A program made the position numbers and the translations under genes. DNA of 64,000 bases, taken from the NCBI RefSeq assembly GCF_018350175.1, contig NC_058368.1, positions 213,096,001 to 213,160,000 on the forward strand. The letters run 5' to 3'. This DNA is from Felis catus (Eukaryota). Positions 1 to 12,008 of the stretch are shown here, in pieces. The notes below the pieces were generated by a model, which saw only the letters and a list, made by a program, of their open reading frames with translations, searched no databases and was not told the DNA's origin. Position 1 is the first letter of the stretch. The number at the start of each line of letters is the position of its first letter.

Positions 1-756
1 GCTTTGGCAATTGACCACAGGGCCCTCATCTCTCTGAAGCCACTGGTTAGTCTAACTACGGAGTCTCTTTAGAGCACTAGGACTAGAAAGAGTACATCTA
101 TTCTTCCAGAAACGCCCTACTGAGAATTCCATTTATACTTGCCATTATAATGATGTAATTGCATGCTACTCATTGATAATGTGCAAAACAGTCACTAGAG
201 AACATAAACCAACAGCTGGTGAGCAACCTCCTTGCAAAATGCTAAAGGCAAACTTCAAAAGATTTTTTTTGTCAATTGGTTTTGCGAACCTGACACAGTA
301 ATCCCAGATGTGCAGGAGAGCGTATGTAGCGGCTCGGAAGCAACAGTGACACATTCTGTAAAATGGCACATTGTCAGAACCAGTCAAGGAAGAAAACCCA
401 AAGGCAGTGATGCGCCAGAAAGTGGAATTACGATTCACTGGCAGGCCTTCACTCCCATCAACGATCCAAACTTTTCATGCTTAAAAACACCTTCTGTCCC
501 CCTAAGGCATTTCCATAGAGCATGTAAATGTCAAACTGTTTCTCCTGAAAATACTTTCCTCAACCACCCAACAGAAGCCTTTGAGACTTGATCAAGGAGA
601 TTTACTCGACCAAGGCCCATGTACCTGTTGTCTAATGGGCTTACATGAAGAGTTACACCAAGACCTGTCACTGAATTTCTGACAATCCGAATGGGCTTCT
701 GGAACTGGGTTTTGAAAAATAGCAAACTGAAGTAAGTATTTGAAAATTGACAAATT

Positions 757-968
757 GGGGTGCCTGGGTGGTTTAGTTATTTAAGTGTCCGACTGTTGAT
801 TTCAGTTCAGGTCATGATCTCATGGTTTGTGAGATTGAACCCCGTGTGGGGCTCCATGCTGACAGTGCAGAGCCTGCTTGGGATTCTCTCTCTCCCTCTC
901 TCTCTGTCCCTCCCCCCATGCACTCCCTCCCTCCCTTTCTCTCCCAAAATAAATAGACATTAAAAAAA
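757..968 (+). mobile_element. Can-SINE (SINEC)
   Basis: ggggtgcctgggtgg tRNA-like head, (CT)n tract, AATAAA/A tail; degenerate TSD gaaaattgacaaa/gaaaattaataaa. Confidence 0.95.
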
Positions 969-1302
969 GAAAATTAATAAACCATTCCTATGACTTGAGT
1001 ATAAATGTGTATAAAAAAATCAACGTAGGACTAGAAAAGATAATTATTATAATAGGCATAGTTTTGTTAATCACCAGTCCCTCTTGTCTGAGATACTGAT
1101 AAACTTATCAAACCCAGCAAAGAAAGGCAATCTTGGGCCTGACCAGGTTTGTCATCTGAACCCTGGGTCCCCTTCTGCAGCGTCTTACAGGTTCCAGCTA
1201 AGGCACAATAGGGTCTGGGCATTTTCTTAGTTCTTAGACACACAACACAGGGCTGGCTTTATCATCTGTGGTTGCTTCTTTCTTAAAAAAATTTTTAGAT
1301 TG

Positions 1303-1517
1303 CGGAGCACCTGGGTGGCTCAGTTGGTTAAGCATCCGACTTCAGCTCAGGTCATAATCTCACGGTTCATGAGTTTGAGTCCCACGTCAGGCTCTGTGCG
1401 ACAGCTCAGAGGCTGGAGACTGCTTCAGAATCTGTGTCTCCCTCTCTCTCTGCCCCTCCCCCACTCATGCTCTGTCTCTCTCTGTCTCTCAAAAATAAAT
1501 GAACATTGAAAAAATTT
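1303..1517 (+). mobile_element. Can-SINE (feliform type)
   Basis: Full SINEC body; 18-bp TSD aaaaaaatttttagattg at 1285-1302 and 1518-1535. Confidence 0.95.
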
Positions 1518-1524
1518 AAAAAAA

Positions 1525-1859
1525 TTTTTAGATTGAGATATAATTTACATATCATAAAATTCACCTTTTTAAAATATGCAACTCAGTGGGTTTCAGTATA
1601 TTCGCAAGATTGTGTAGCCACTGCCACTATCTGGTTTCAGAACATTGTTATCACCCCAAAAGAAACCCCTTGCCAATCAGCAATCACCCCCTACTCTCTC
1701 CACCAGTCCCTGGCCATCACTAATCTAGTTTCTGTTTCTATCAATTTTCTTATTCTAAACATGTAAATGGAACCCTACAATATGTGGTCTTCTGCGACCT
1801 TTCACTCTCTATTGATTTCAAGCTTATCATGCTGTTGCACATTAGCAGTGTTTCATTAC

Positions 1860-1896
<37 letters not shown>

Positions 1897-2172
1897 CATT
1901 CCTTTTTATGGCTGAATAATATTCCACTGTATGGATATATCCAATTTTGTTTATCCATTCATCACTTGATAGACATTTGGGTTGTTTCTACTTTTTGGCT
2001 GTCATGGATAATGCTACGGTGAACCGTGGTTACATGTCTTTGGGTGGACATGTGTCTTCTTCTCTTGTGGATATACAACTAGGAGGGGACCTGATGGGTC
2101 ATAGGGTGATACTCGGTTTAACTTGTTTGAGGCACTCCCAGACTGTTGCTCACAGCAGCTGTACCATTCTGC
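1525..2172 (-). mobile_element. Old L1 (L1MB-like) 3' end
   Basis: Typical antisense L1M 3' text (gatataatttacata...ccccaaaagaaaccc...ggctgaataatattcc...ttatccattcatc...gacatttgggttgtttc). Confidence 0.85.
1862..1894. repeat. (TG)n microsatellite
   Basis: About 16 TG units seen directly. Confidence 0.95.
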
Positions 2173-2659
2173 GTCTGTGGCTGCTCCTTGTTACAGTCGG
2201 GGTAGGGCCTTTCCTCGGCCTCTGCACTTTGTGCTCCTCATAACCTGCCTGATCCACAGGTCCCTCTGGCAGCACACTTCCAGATGTTTCCTCCTCCTTT
2301 TGCTTAGGTTGCCTGCCCCTTGAGCATAGAGAAGAGAAAGAGAAAGAAAATGCAGCCAGGGCCAGCTGCACACCAAGCACCATACACTATGCTTTGTGTT
2401 TGGAACTTTTGTAACTCACAGTAAAACTGTAATGTGTCCCCACCTAACGGATCTGGAAACTGAATGCCGGTTCTAGTTTTATTGCTCCAAACTGTTTCCC
2501 ATGCCTCCAAGGCAGAGGTTCTCAAACTATATATCACAGCATCTGATGGTGCTTCAAGGCTTCAGCAAAAACCAGTACTTTCTGCCAAACAATGAATATT
2601 TAAAATTCCTGAAAAATCCACTCCTCATTTTTATCTGTCCCATATTTTGAAGCGCTATA

Positions 2660-2750
2660 AATATATCACCAGTCTCATTCACCTCTGCTTGCCCAGGGCT
2701 TAGAACAATAAATGACATATAACAGTTGTTCAATAAGTAATGAATGAATA
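2660..2750 (+). mobile_element. L2 3' end fragment
   Basis: Degenerate ...ttagaacaat...tcaataagtaatgaatgaat L2 tail. Confidence 0.45.
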
Positions 2751-3565
2751 TTTCTGCTAAAAAGTTGGCAAATCATGTACTAAGGTATTGGTTTCTAAAC
2801 CTGGCTGTATGTATAAAATTGCCTAAAGAGTGTTTTTAAAAATATAGTTGGAGGCCTTGCTGAATCAGCCTCTCTGGGGTGAGCATTGAAATCATTGTTA
2901 TTAAATTTCCCTAAGTGGCATGATGGAGTTTTCCACAGACCCTTGCCTGGGTGCCGCTGCCATGAGAAATTGTCTTTGGCCACAGGGCCAATGACTTCCA
3001 TGGTTACCCTCCCAGGCCTAGGGGATCTCACTCTGGGCCAGAGCATATTGTCAGGAGTCTCTTTCTGGATCCATTGGCATTACAATCCACTGACCATTGC
3101 TGGCTTCACTCCAACCTTAGACCTTTCCATGTGATCAACAATTCTCCATGCCTGGAGAGCACCACAGGTCAGTCTTTCCCTGTAGCTCTACCTTAGGCCT
3201 ACTCTCTTATTAAGTAACAGAGATTAAAGCCGTGCTAGTTTGAACATCAAAAGTTCTCCATGGCTGCAGAAAAGAATCTCACCACTTCTTATATTCTATA
3301 ACTCTTCCCTCCACTCCCCACGACTTGAGGGATAGCACGTGCCATGCAAGAGAGTTTAGGGTTCCTCTTTATCCTCAGCCCATCAGAAAGGGCAGGAGTT
3401 CCCACAGACTCAGAATCAGTTCTTCTTTCAAAGTCAAGGCTAGTGTCAGCAGTTATAATGTCTTTCCCACTGAGGAGGGACTTAAGGAGAAAAGAGAACT
3501 CCTTACTCACCTTTATTTGCCTGCTCAAATTTTACTTCCCCTTTTCTCACAGAAAGGGCTTTGTT

Positions 3566-3878
3566 GGGGCGCCTGGGTGGCTCAGTGGGTTGAGCATCTG
3601 ACTCTTGATTTAAGTTCAGGTCATGATCCCAGGGTTGTGAGATCGAACCCCAAGTTGGGCTCCTCACTGATGGTGGAGCTTGCTTAAGATTGTCTCTCTT
3701 TGGAGGGCACCTTTTGGGATGAGCACTGGGTGTTGTATGGAAACCAATTTGACAATAAATTTCATATATTGAAAAAAAATAAAATTCTTTAGCATAAAAA
3801 AAAAGATTGTCTCTCTTTTTCTCACTCTCTCAAATGAAATAAAAATAAAAATAAAAAATAAATTAAATTTTAAAAAAA
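3566..3878 (+). mobile_element. Can-SINE interrupted by an L1 tip
   Basis: SINE head at 3566; outer TSD agaaagggctttgt 3551-3564 and 3879-3892. Confidence 0.92.
3702..3802 (+). mobile_element. Extremely 5'-truncated young feline L1 (3' tip only)
   Basis: 69 nt identical to the L1 3' end at 61546-61614; 16-bp TSD aagattgtctctcttt at 3686-3701 and 3803-3818. Confidence 0.92.
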
Positions 3879-3978
3879 AGAAAGGGCTTTGTCATATTAG
3901 CAAACTTAAAGATACTCTAGAGATGTTCAGTTACTTACCTACAGACAGAGGAGGCCCACAGAGTGAGGAAGACCAGCC

Positions 3979-4092
3979 GGGCGGGCAGGGGGGTGTGGGG
4001 GGGTGTGGGGCCGGGGGTGGGGGGTAGGGGGGGTGGGGAAGGGGAGGGTGGAGTGGGGAAGGGTAGAGGCAGTAAGGGGAGGGAAGAGGGGA
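3979..4092 (+). other. G-rich low-complexity tract, G-quadruplex potential
   Basis: More than 12 runs of G3 or longer separated by short loops. Confidence 0.7.
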
Positions 4093-4179
4093 ACAGTGAG
4101 GCAGAGTGAGTCTAGATGACCGCTAGTCACAAACTCACAGGCCTGCAACGGATGGCAACATAGACTCTCCAGACGCTGC

Positions 4180-4550
4180 CCCCCAAAATGTGGTCCTCCA
4201 ACCAGCAACAGCCTCTGTTAGAAACATAGAATCTCAGGGGCACCTGGGTGACTCAGTGGGTTAAACGCCCGACTTCAGTAAAGATCATGACCTTTCAGTT
4301 TGTGGGTTTGAGCCCCGTGTCCAGCTCTGTGTTGACAGCTCAGAGCTTGGAGTCTGCCTCAGATTCTGTGTCTCCCTCTCTCTCTGCCCCTCCCTTGCTC
4401 GCACTCTGTGTCTCTCTCTCTCTCTCTCTCTCAAAAATAAATAAACATTAAAATAAAATTTAATTTAATTTAATTTTTAAAAAAGGAAACGTAGAATCTC
4501 AGGTCCCACCAGGCAACTTAACAAGATTCCTGCATGATTTGAACACACAC
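4180..4550. mobile_element. MER5-like hAT-Charlie fossil split by a SINE
   Basis: aaatgtggtcc..accagca..tgttagaaa..agaatctcagg..cccacc..ttaacaagattcc..tgatt motifs. Confidence 0.55.
4237..4485 (+). mobile_element. Can-SINE
   Basis: Full body; TSD gaaacatagaatctca/gaaacgtagaatctca. Confidence 0.95.
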
Positions 4551-5205
4551 ACAGGCAAACATTCAGAACTGGCTTGGAAACAGGTACAACTCAATGTTGA
4601 ACTCCATAGATGATTGGATTGAGGCTGGGACTAGGTCACTCTCAAGCCTTAGTGCACACAAGAATTGCCTGGAAGGCTTCCGATCAGCAGACTTTGCATG
4701 GGGCACAGGATTCTATAGTTTTAGCAAGCACACAAGTGGTTCTGGTTCCAGACGTACACACTGGTTTAGTTCCAGGCAGATGATATGAGGTTCCAAACTA
4801 TGTGTGTACAGAATAATGTTTTGAAGCCTTAACTAATCTTTTCCATATATTTTTCTCTTTTGCTCATTTCCAGCAGATAGCCTATTTCATGCCCATTGCC
4901 ATTTGGAAAGACAAAAGCAAAAGAGAATGAGAAAGACAGGCAGACAGACTTCTTCTTGACTGTGGCTTCCAGAAGTCTAAAGCTTACAGTGATACTGAGA
5001 GAAGTCAAGCAGAGCCAGATGTTTGGAAGTGAGATTGGAGGGGGGGACTTTTCCGCTCCAGAAAATTTGCTTTGTGCTGGGTGAAGAGGGATGGACAGAT
5101 GGACAGATGTCACTGAGGCCCAGGGCCTGCGGCTCTGTGCCTTAATTGCTGCAGAGAATTTCATGTCTCAGAGGGACTCTGTTGCCCTCAAGACTAAGTG
5201 TGGAA

Positions 5206-5421
5206 GGGGCGTCTAGGTGGGTCAGTCAGCTAAGCACCCAACTTTGGCCCAGGTCATGACCTCGTGGTTCTTGGGTTTGAGACCTACATCGGGCTCTGTG
5301 CTGAAGGCTCAGAGCCTGGAGCCTTTTTCAGATTCTGTGTTTCCCTCTCTCTCTCTCTCTCTCTCACCCTCCCCCACTTGCACTCTATCTCTCTCAAAAA
5401 TAAATATTAAAAACAACAACA
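5206..5421 (+). mobile_element. Can-SINE
   Basis: Full body; TSD aagactaagtgtggaa/aagactaagcgtggaa. Confidence 0.95.
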
Positions 5422-6247
5422 AAGACTAAGCGTGGAATAGCATAGAAAAGGCCCTGGTACTTGAAGGAAACAAGTGGGTTCCTTCAAGGAGTAGCGTAGG
5501 TGCAAACCGCATGAATTGGGGAGTTGGAGGGGCAGTCTCGGCAGACACCTATGTGCACAGATGACCGGAAGATCAAATGGCCTCCACCACCCCCATCGCC
5601 ACACTCTGGTGTCCGTAAGCCCTGCAGATGCAGGTTTAAATTCAAACAAATGCCCCAGGTACCGAGAGTGAAGCCCTGACGGACGCAGCACTTGGAATTC
5701 AGGTGTTGTCAGAAATAAAGAAAGCCGGAATGTGGAGAGAAAATTCCTCAGACTACATGGAAAAGCTGGTAGGACTTCACCTCAAGAACAGACTCCCAGC
5801 GACCCCCTTCTGGGGGCCCATCTCATGGCACCCCTCGGGCAGCAGCCCTTGTCAATGCCACTTCCAATGTTTCTCCTCCAGTTTTCCCCCTCAAACATCC
5901 TATTTTATTTACTCCTTCTTCATTTTCTTTATCCTCCCCAAAATTGCCTCTAGTGGACCAGCAGGAAAGGCCTCCCTGACGCTTCAAAACCGGAGAGTCT
6001 CCACAACAACAAAGAAGCAGCCTTCTCCTTTGGACCCACTTTCCCTAGGGCAGGGAGAAGCCAACTTTTCAAAACGTTGCTTCACCTTCTCTCCTGGGGG
6101 AAGGGAGCATGAACCCAGTGAATACCTGTTCAGGTGAGGCCAGCCTCAGGCCTAGGGCGGCCTGGGGCCCTCCTGAAGCCGCAGACAGCCGGGGCACTGT
6201 TTCCCTATGTAAACAAAATGAGCCTCCTCATCTACTACCCGAGTATT

Positions 6248-6471
6248 TTTTTTTTTTAATTTTTTTTTCAACGTTTATTTATTTTTGGGACAGAGAGAGA
6301 CAGAGCATGAACGGGGGAGGGGCAGAGAGAGAGGGAGACACAGAATCCGAAACAGGCTCCAGGCTCTGAGCCATCAGCCCAGAGCCTGACGCGGGGCTCG
6401 AACTCACGGACCGCGAGATCGTGACCTGGCTGAAGTCGGACGCTTAACCGACTGCGCCACCCAGGCGCCCC
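6248..6471 (-). mobile_element. Young feline Can-SINE (SINEC_Fc-like)
   Basis: CpGs intact, cagccagg and gggctgatggc diagnostics; TSD actacccgagtatt/actacctgagtatt. Confidence 0.96.
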
Positions 6472-7714
6472 AACTACCTGAGTATTCTTACCGACGTTTT
6501 TAATTTGAAGTCAAGATGAAAAATACGTTAGCTTTTGGGGAAAATGCCAGCTTAATCACAGCTAAGATAGGGGCCCCATCCCCACCCCCTCCCTTCCCCA
6601 GTGATGAAGTTCAGCTTTCCTAAAGATTCAGGGTCTCTGCGACCTGAAGTGTCTACCCCGGAAAGACTAATTCATACTTCGAGCATTTGCCCTGTAATTG
6701 TTTATGGAAGTGAAACCCTGTTGAAGGGGTTCCAGGACTAACAGTGGCCTGCCAGGGGCAATAGCACCCCAACTTCCCCTTCCTGAAGTGAGACCAGGAT
6801 GGAGGTAGAAACACACTGAGCACAAGAAGAAAATCCCACACACATCCTTCAGCTTTGTTATTTCTGGGCAGGAACTTTTCCTACTTAATCCAAAACACAA
6901 CAGGGTCTGGCCCTGCGCCAGCCCCACATCTCTGCACCTGCGGTGAGCCTCTGCATGGCAGACTGCTTCAGCCCTCCCTGGGGAGAGCAGTGGGCGGCTC
7001 CCCCCTCCTCCAAACCCAGCAAGATTTTTATTCACTCTTTTCCAGGCTCAAAGAAGTGGAACAAGCTGTCTAAAAGTGGGTACAGACAGCTAACATAAGT
7101 GACTCAAATTACAAACACCTCCTCTCCCTGCTCCCCCTTTCCTCACTCTTTTTGTCATCTTCCATCTCCGAGAGGTACCTACGGAGGCCTCCTGCACTCA
7201 CAACCTTCCTACGTGGCTGTAGCATCCGTGTAAGGTGTGACCACAGTGACAGCCAACTGCGGAGGAGTCCATCGGTTGTAGGGTGTTCAACTCCAGTCAT
7301 GAGAGCAGAGAGGAGAAAGAGAGACGGTGTGGAGGGAAGAAATTGTGAAATGGGAAAGTGAGAAGCCATCAGCCAGTTCTGGCTCCTGCTAGTTCATTTC
7401 TTGCTCCCATAAAACTTGACAGCCACTGGGTTTCAGAAAGCGTCACCGTGTTTCACCGCAGCATCGCATGACTCCCTCAGAGCAACACTATGTCCTCAGT
7501 AGATCATCTCTTCCATGATTATCCGGGATCTCTTTGACGCCAGAGACCCTCTTTATTCATATTCATAACTTCAGCCCTTGATGGAGAAGTTTGGCCCAGA
7601 AAAGGTGATTCAGGTATCAGTTAAATGAATGAAAGACAGCTTCATTATCACACATCATCCTTAAAGAGCGTATGTTTCATGACCGTAGTTGTTAAACATT
7701 ATGTTTGATGCTTT

Positions 7715-7740
<26 letters not shown>
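7715..7740. repeat. (AC)n microsatellite
   Basis: 13 AC units. Confidence 0.95.
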
Positions 7741-7746
<6 letters not shown>

Positions 7747-8130
7747 CTTAAACATCGTTGCTTCCATCAGTGCATTGACAGTTTATCTGTCATGATTATC
7801 TTCTCATCACATGTGCCTTTAAGGCTGCCTGGTGCTCATATCTGTGGAATCAACAGCAAGACTTTCAAGAGTGAGGTGCTGCCTCTCTAGCAGCTGTTCT
7901 CCCCCTTGGCAGCAGTACCCATGCCATGCTGCAGAGACCAGCACATTCCCAGCCTTGTTTGCTGCTGGAGCACAGGCAGGCGACCCAGTCCTGACTCCTG
8001 GGACTTGCCGTGGCTTATTTGGGAAAGCAGGTCCTCCTTGATAACCAAAGAGGCATGCTGGGAACACTCCTCCCTTCTTGCCATAGACAAGGCCTCATGA
8101 GGATGTGATGCTTGGAGCCCCAAAGGGATT

Positions 8131-8335
8131 TTATCTTTTTATCTTATTATTTTTTTTAATAAGTAATAAGTAAGTATTTTTTTAATAAGTATTTTTTAAT
8201 AAGTATTTTTTTAATAAGTAAGTTCCACACCCAGCGTGGAGCTCAACACAGGGCTTAAACTCACAACTCTGAGATCAAGACCTGAGCTGATATGAAGAGT
8301 CAGCCGCTCAACCGACTGAGCCACCCAGGCACTCC
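8131..8335 (-). mobile_element. Older Can-SINE with tandemly expanded tail
   Basis: ...accgactgagccacccaggcactcc head on minus strand; tail of (T)n-aataagta repeats. Confidence 0.88.
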
Positions 8336-8364
8336 ACAATGTGATTTTGAAACCACGAAGGGAG

Positions 8365-8430
8365 AGTTGAATCACTGTATTTTACACCTGAAACTAATAT
8401 AACATTGTATGTCAATTATACAGGAATTTT
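8365..8430 (+). mobile_element. Carnivore L1 3' tip
   Basis: tacacctgaaactaatataacattgtatgtcaattata resembles a carnivore L1 3' terminus. Confidence 0.55.
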
Positions 8431-8544
8431 ATAATGGATTAATTAATTGATTGATGATTAATTAAAATTCCTGAAGGGAGATGTCACCAAAAACATTGAG
8501 AACAGCAGGGCAGGGAAACAGAAAGAGCCTCTGTGCTTAACAAC

Positions 8545-9010
8545 TGTGGTAGGCCAAATAACAACCTTGAAGATATCTGTTCTAATCGCTGGAACCTGCC
8601 GATCTTACTTTATATAACAAAAGGGACTTTGCGGGTGTGATTAAGCGAAGGATCCTCAAATCTCAGGATTATCCTGAGTTCTCTGGGTGGGCCCTGTCAC
8701 CACAAGGGGGTGGCAGGGGGAGGCAGAGGGAGGTTTGGCTGCAGGAGATGTGATGTTGTAGCATCTCAAGGAAGGGCCATGGGCCAAGCAATGTGGGCGG
8801 CCTTCAGAAGCTAAGGAAGGCAAGGAAATAGATTCTTCCCTAGAGCTTCCAGAAAATATCAGCTCTGCCAACTGACACTAGTCCAGTGAAACTGATTTCA
8901 GACTCCTGGCCTCCAGAACTGTAAGGGAGTAAGTCTGCGTTGTTTTGTTTTTGGCCGTCAATTTTGTGATAATTTGTCATAGCAGCAATTTGTCATCGAC
9001 AACAACCTAA
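8545..9010 (+). mobile_element. MaLR solo LTR (MLT1D-like)
   Basis: tgtggtagg start; agggactttgc..gtgtgattaag; gattcttccctagagc; cctccagaactgtaag; aatttgtcatagcagc. Confidence 0.85.
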
Positions 9011-9220
9011 TGATGAACCAGCCCTGGGATTTCCTTATCTCTGGATTTCTTCTCAAGTGACGTCATTTTTTAATGCCTATGTTTTAAAGCTGTTATGAGT
9101 AAAGCTTGTTGTTAACTTGTACCCCAAAGTGTCCTAAATAACAATTTTAGCATGACCAATGGCAGTTTTGGTGGGGGTATTACAGAATGTTGATTTAGCT
9201 GTTAATACAGAAAGCATTCT

Positions 9221-9412
9221 TGTTTTGTTTTAATGTTTATTTATTTTTGAGAACGATAGCCCAGCAGGGGAGGGGCAGAGAGAGAGGGGGAGACAGAGGA
9301 TCCAAAGAGAGCTCTGCACTGACAGCAGAGAGCCCAACGTGGGTCTCAAACTCACAAACTGTGAGATCATGACCTGAACCCAAGTGGGATGCTTCACCAA
9401 CTGAACCACCCA
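9221..9412 (-). mobile_element. Can-SINE, slightly 5'-truncated
   Basis: Antisense body lacking the first ~9 nt of the head. Confidence 0.92.
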
Positions 9413-12008
9413 CAAAAGAATTCTTTTAAAATAATAGGGGGCTGGTAAGGCAGTTCACGTTCAAGAGCTTCATTCAGAACCAGGTTTCAGGTATCTAGCA
9501 GCTTGAATACTTCCTACCTTATTTGTTTTCGGTACTTATAAAATAAGTAGCAATATTCTTGAATTATCAAAAAAGTGTACCTTACTGCCGTACCATTCCT
9601 GTGTGCCATCATCTTCCAGCCCACAGGGTTTGTCACACTACAACCAGCCGAAGGGAAAACGAGAAGGCCCAAGGAGAGGGCACAATCAGGGAAGCCACAC
9701 TTGTACTCAGTGGCATCAGCAGTGTCACAGTCCCGTGCCTCCGTGTCAGGGAAGCCGCAAGTCTATATTCCAAGGTACCCAGTTGGAAACCTAGGAAAAG
9801 GAGGGGAAAGCACATATTAAGGGAAAACAGATGGTCTGTTTGAGTTCTGTGTTGCCTGTTACATGAGCATTCAAGTTAAAATCAAGGAAGCCTCATCATG
9901 TCAGTATGATGGCCTAAAAAACAATTCTACTAATGACACTTAACTCAGTCTAGATCTCTCCCGGTCTACTGCCATGGCTTACTGTCGTCGTCGTCGTCAT
10001 CATTGTTGTTGTTTTGGTAGCAGCAGAACCTGATATATATATGAAAGATAGCCGTGGTGGTGCCCCTCCCCCTGACCTTCCGCTTACCACCCAAGGTACT
10101 TCATCGGAACATCAGTGTTCAGGGAAAACACTTTGAAACAATGCATTACTCTACGAGGAAGTAAAACCATACTGCTAGACATAGTAATTCTCGGGGATTC
10201 CCAAGTCTGTGGAGTTTATTTCTCTTGTTGGAACACACACCACTCCCCACCTGAACCCAACCTTTGGTAAAGAAGCTAGACTAGTCAGTGCTTAGGATAT
10301 TTTAGAGTCACTCACTACAGGGGAAACAGAGGCTGGAACACTCTTGCTCAGCAAGTGAGAAGCCATTTTTTATTATACTCGGAAGCTTGCGGTGCTATCT
10401 GGGGCCAAAGTGAATACTGGTTGCCATGGCACTGCTTTGAATTATGTCTGTGCTGACACTGTCACATGCTGCTCCCATACGCTGGGGCCACATCTCTCTT
10501 CCTACTGTTCGTTGATTGATGCCTGCGCTCTGCACCAGGAATAGAGATACATCAGCAGGAAAGCAAACCCATGTGTTTGCCACACCTTCTGTCTAGCTAA
10601 TATATAAGCTACCAAGGATTGGAAATACTTGAACTAAGAAACAAGAGAGCCAGGGTTAGCTCACAGTTCTCCACTGTGTGGCTCTGGCAAACCCTTTAAT
10701 TTTTCTGTGCCATGGAATCTTCACCTGCACAAGGAAAGAGATTGAGTGGAATGTCTCCAGGGTCTCCTGATCTCCTGATGTAACCATCTCTGATTCCTGC
10801 GTGCTGTTTTGAAGCCACAGAGAAGAGCAGTGGTCTGCAGAGGATGAACATCAGAGTGTGAGTGAGGCAATTCCTGTAAACTGTTGCACCTTCCTCCCGG
10901 TGCTGACTGTTTCTGAAACCCCCCTCCAACACCTCTGGGCTGCCACAGATTTGTTTTGAGTCAATTCCCTGGCAAGATGCCACTTGCCTAAAGGTCCCTT
11001 CTGATGTACAAAGGGGACTGTTTTCAGCTTGGGTTGAGTCATTATTGGCCTTGAAATGATTTCTTTTTGGAATAGTCCCTGGTTTGATGCTCAGGACTTT
11101 GGTCCCAGAGATTGTTCTCCCCACCGCCACCCCAAATAAGGTAAATTCTAAAACTAGAGAAAGATACCTGTGCAAGGCTGGCCTCCAGACTTGATGCGGA
11201 AGAGCATCTCATGGGATGGAGAGAACAATGAAGAAGCATCTTTGATACTTGTCTGACCAGTAGGCCCCTGACTTTACCAGCCAGAATACAAATGAGGTCC
11301 TCCTTAATATTTCTGCTTATTTTGTCCTGACCCCTTGGCCTCACTTGCTGACTGCAGGGATGGGGTTCTCACCCTCAAAGTCTCCTCTCTACACTGCTTC
11401 AATTATTTCTGGGGATTGCCAGGGGACATCTCACGTATACCCACAAAACAAAAACATGGCCTGGGAAGCAAGGGATACAGCAGGAATAGGGCATCTTGGC
11501 ATAAACCAGGGCTTTGCAGGAAACAAATCTAGGGTCTTGAAAACAATCACTGTCTCAATAACAAGGATGAATACTTCAGTTTGCCTGACCAGGGGTGAGA
11601 GAAAATGCTAGGCCAACTTCATAGAGAAGGCAAGACACTGACTGACTCCTGAAGAAGATGTGAAATCAAATGCTGATGACTTTTGTGGAAGACGTGATAA
11701 AGCAGATAGCTGCTGTCTAGCTCCCTAACGTATGGAGCCCTACCCCTTTCAACTGGAAAGTTTCAGTTTGTTCATTCATTCTGGGTTTTTTTTTTTTTAA
11801 TTGTCCAATACTTAGAATTAAGGCAAAAAGATAATTACATGTCCTTTTGATGTCATGCTGGAGCTTTGCTCAGCAGACCTACCCAAGCATTATTCCTCTA
11901 AAGAATGTAACTTTGTTTGACTTATTAATTATTACCATTAGGGTCCAGATTCTGTGAAGTTACCTGTTCATTTGTAGGGTTTTGTCCATTAGAAATGCAA
12001 ATGATTCA

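Noticed and set aside
165..640. Possible pogo/Tigger transposase remnant (LLIDN, F..WF...IP.V, LDQG-like words)
   Set aside because: Motifs are short and in the wrong order and spacing for a DDE_1 domain; not supportable without a profile search.
2150..2383. Minus-strand coding exon after a strong pyrimidine tract
   Set aside because: No recognisable protein and no convincing donor; the frame runs into an old L1.
5460..5488. 10-bp stem hairpin cttgaaggaa/ttccttcaag
   Set aside because: Too short for a pre-miRNA and no other RNA gene features.
7109..7369. Overlapping short ORFs on both strands
   Set aside because: No homology recognised and no consistent splice structure.
10696..11175. 159-aa minus-strand ORF
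   Set aside because: Non-ATG start, no recognisable domain; length is plausible by chance in 64 kb.
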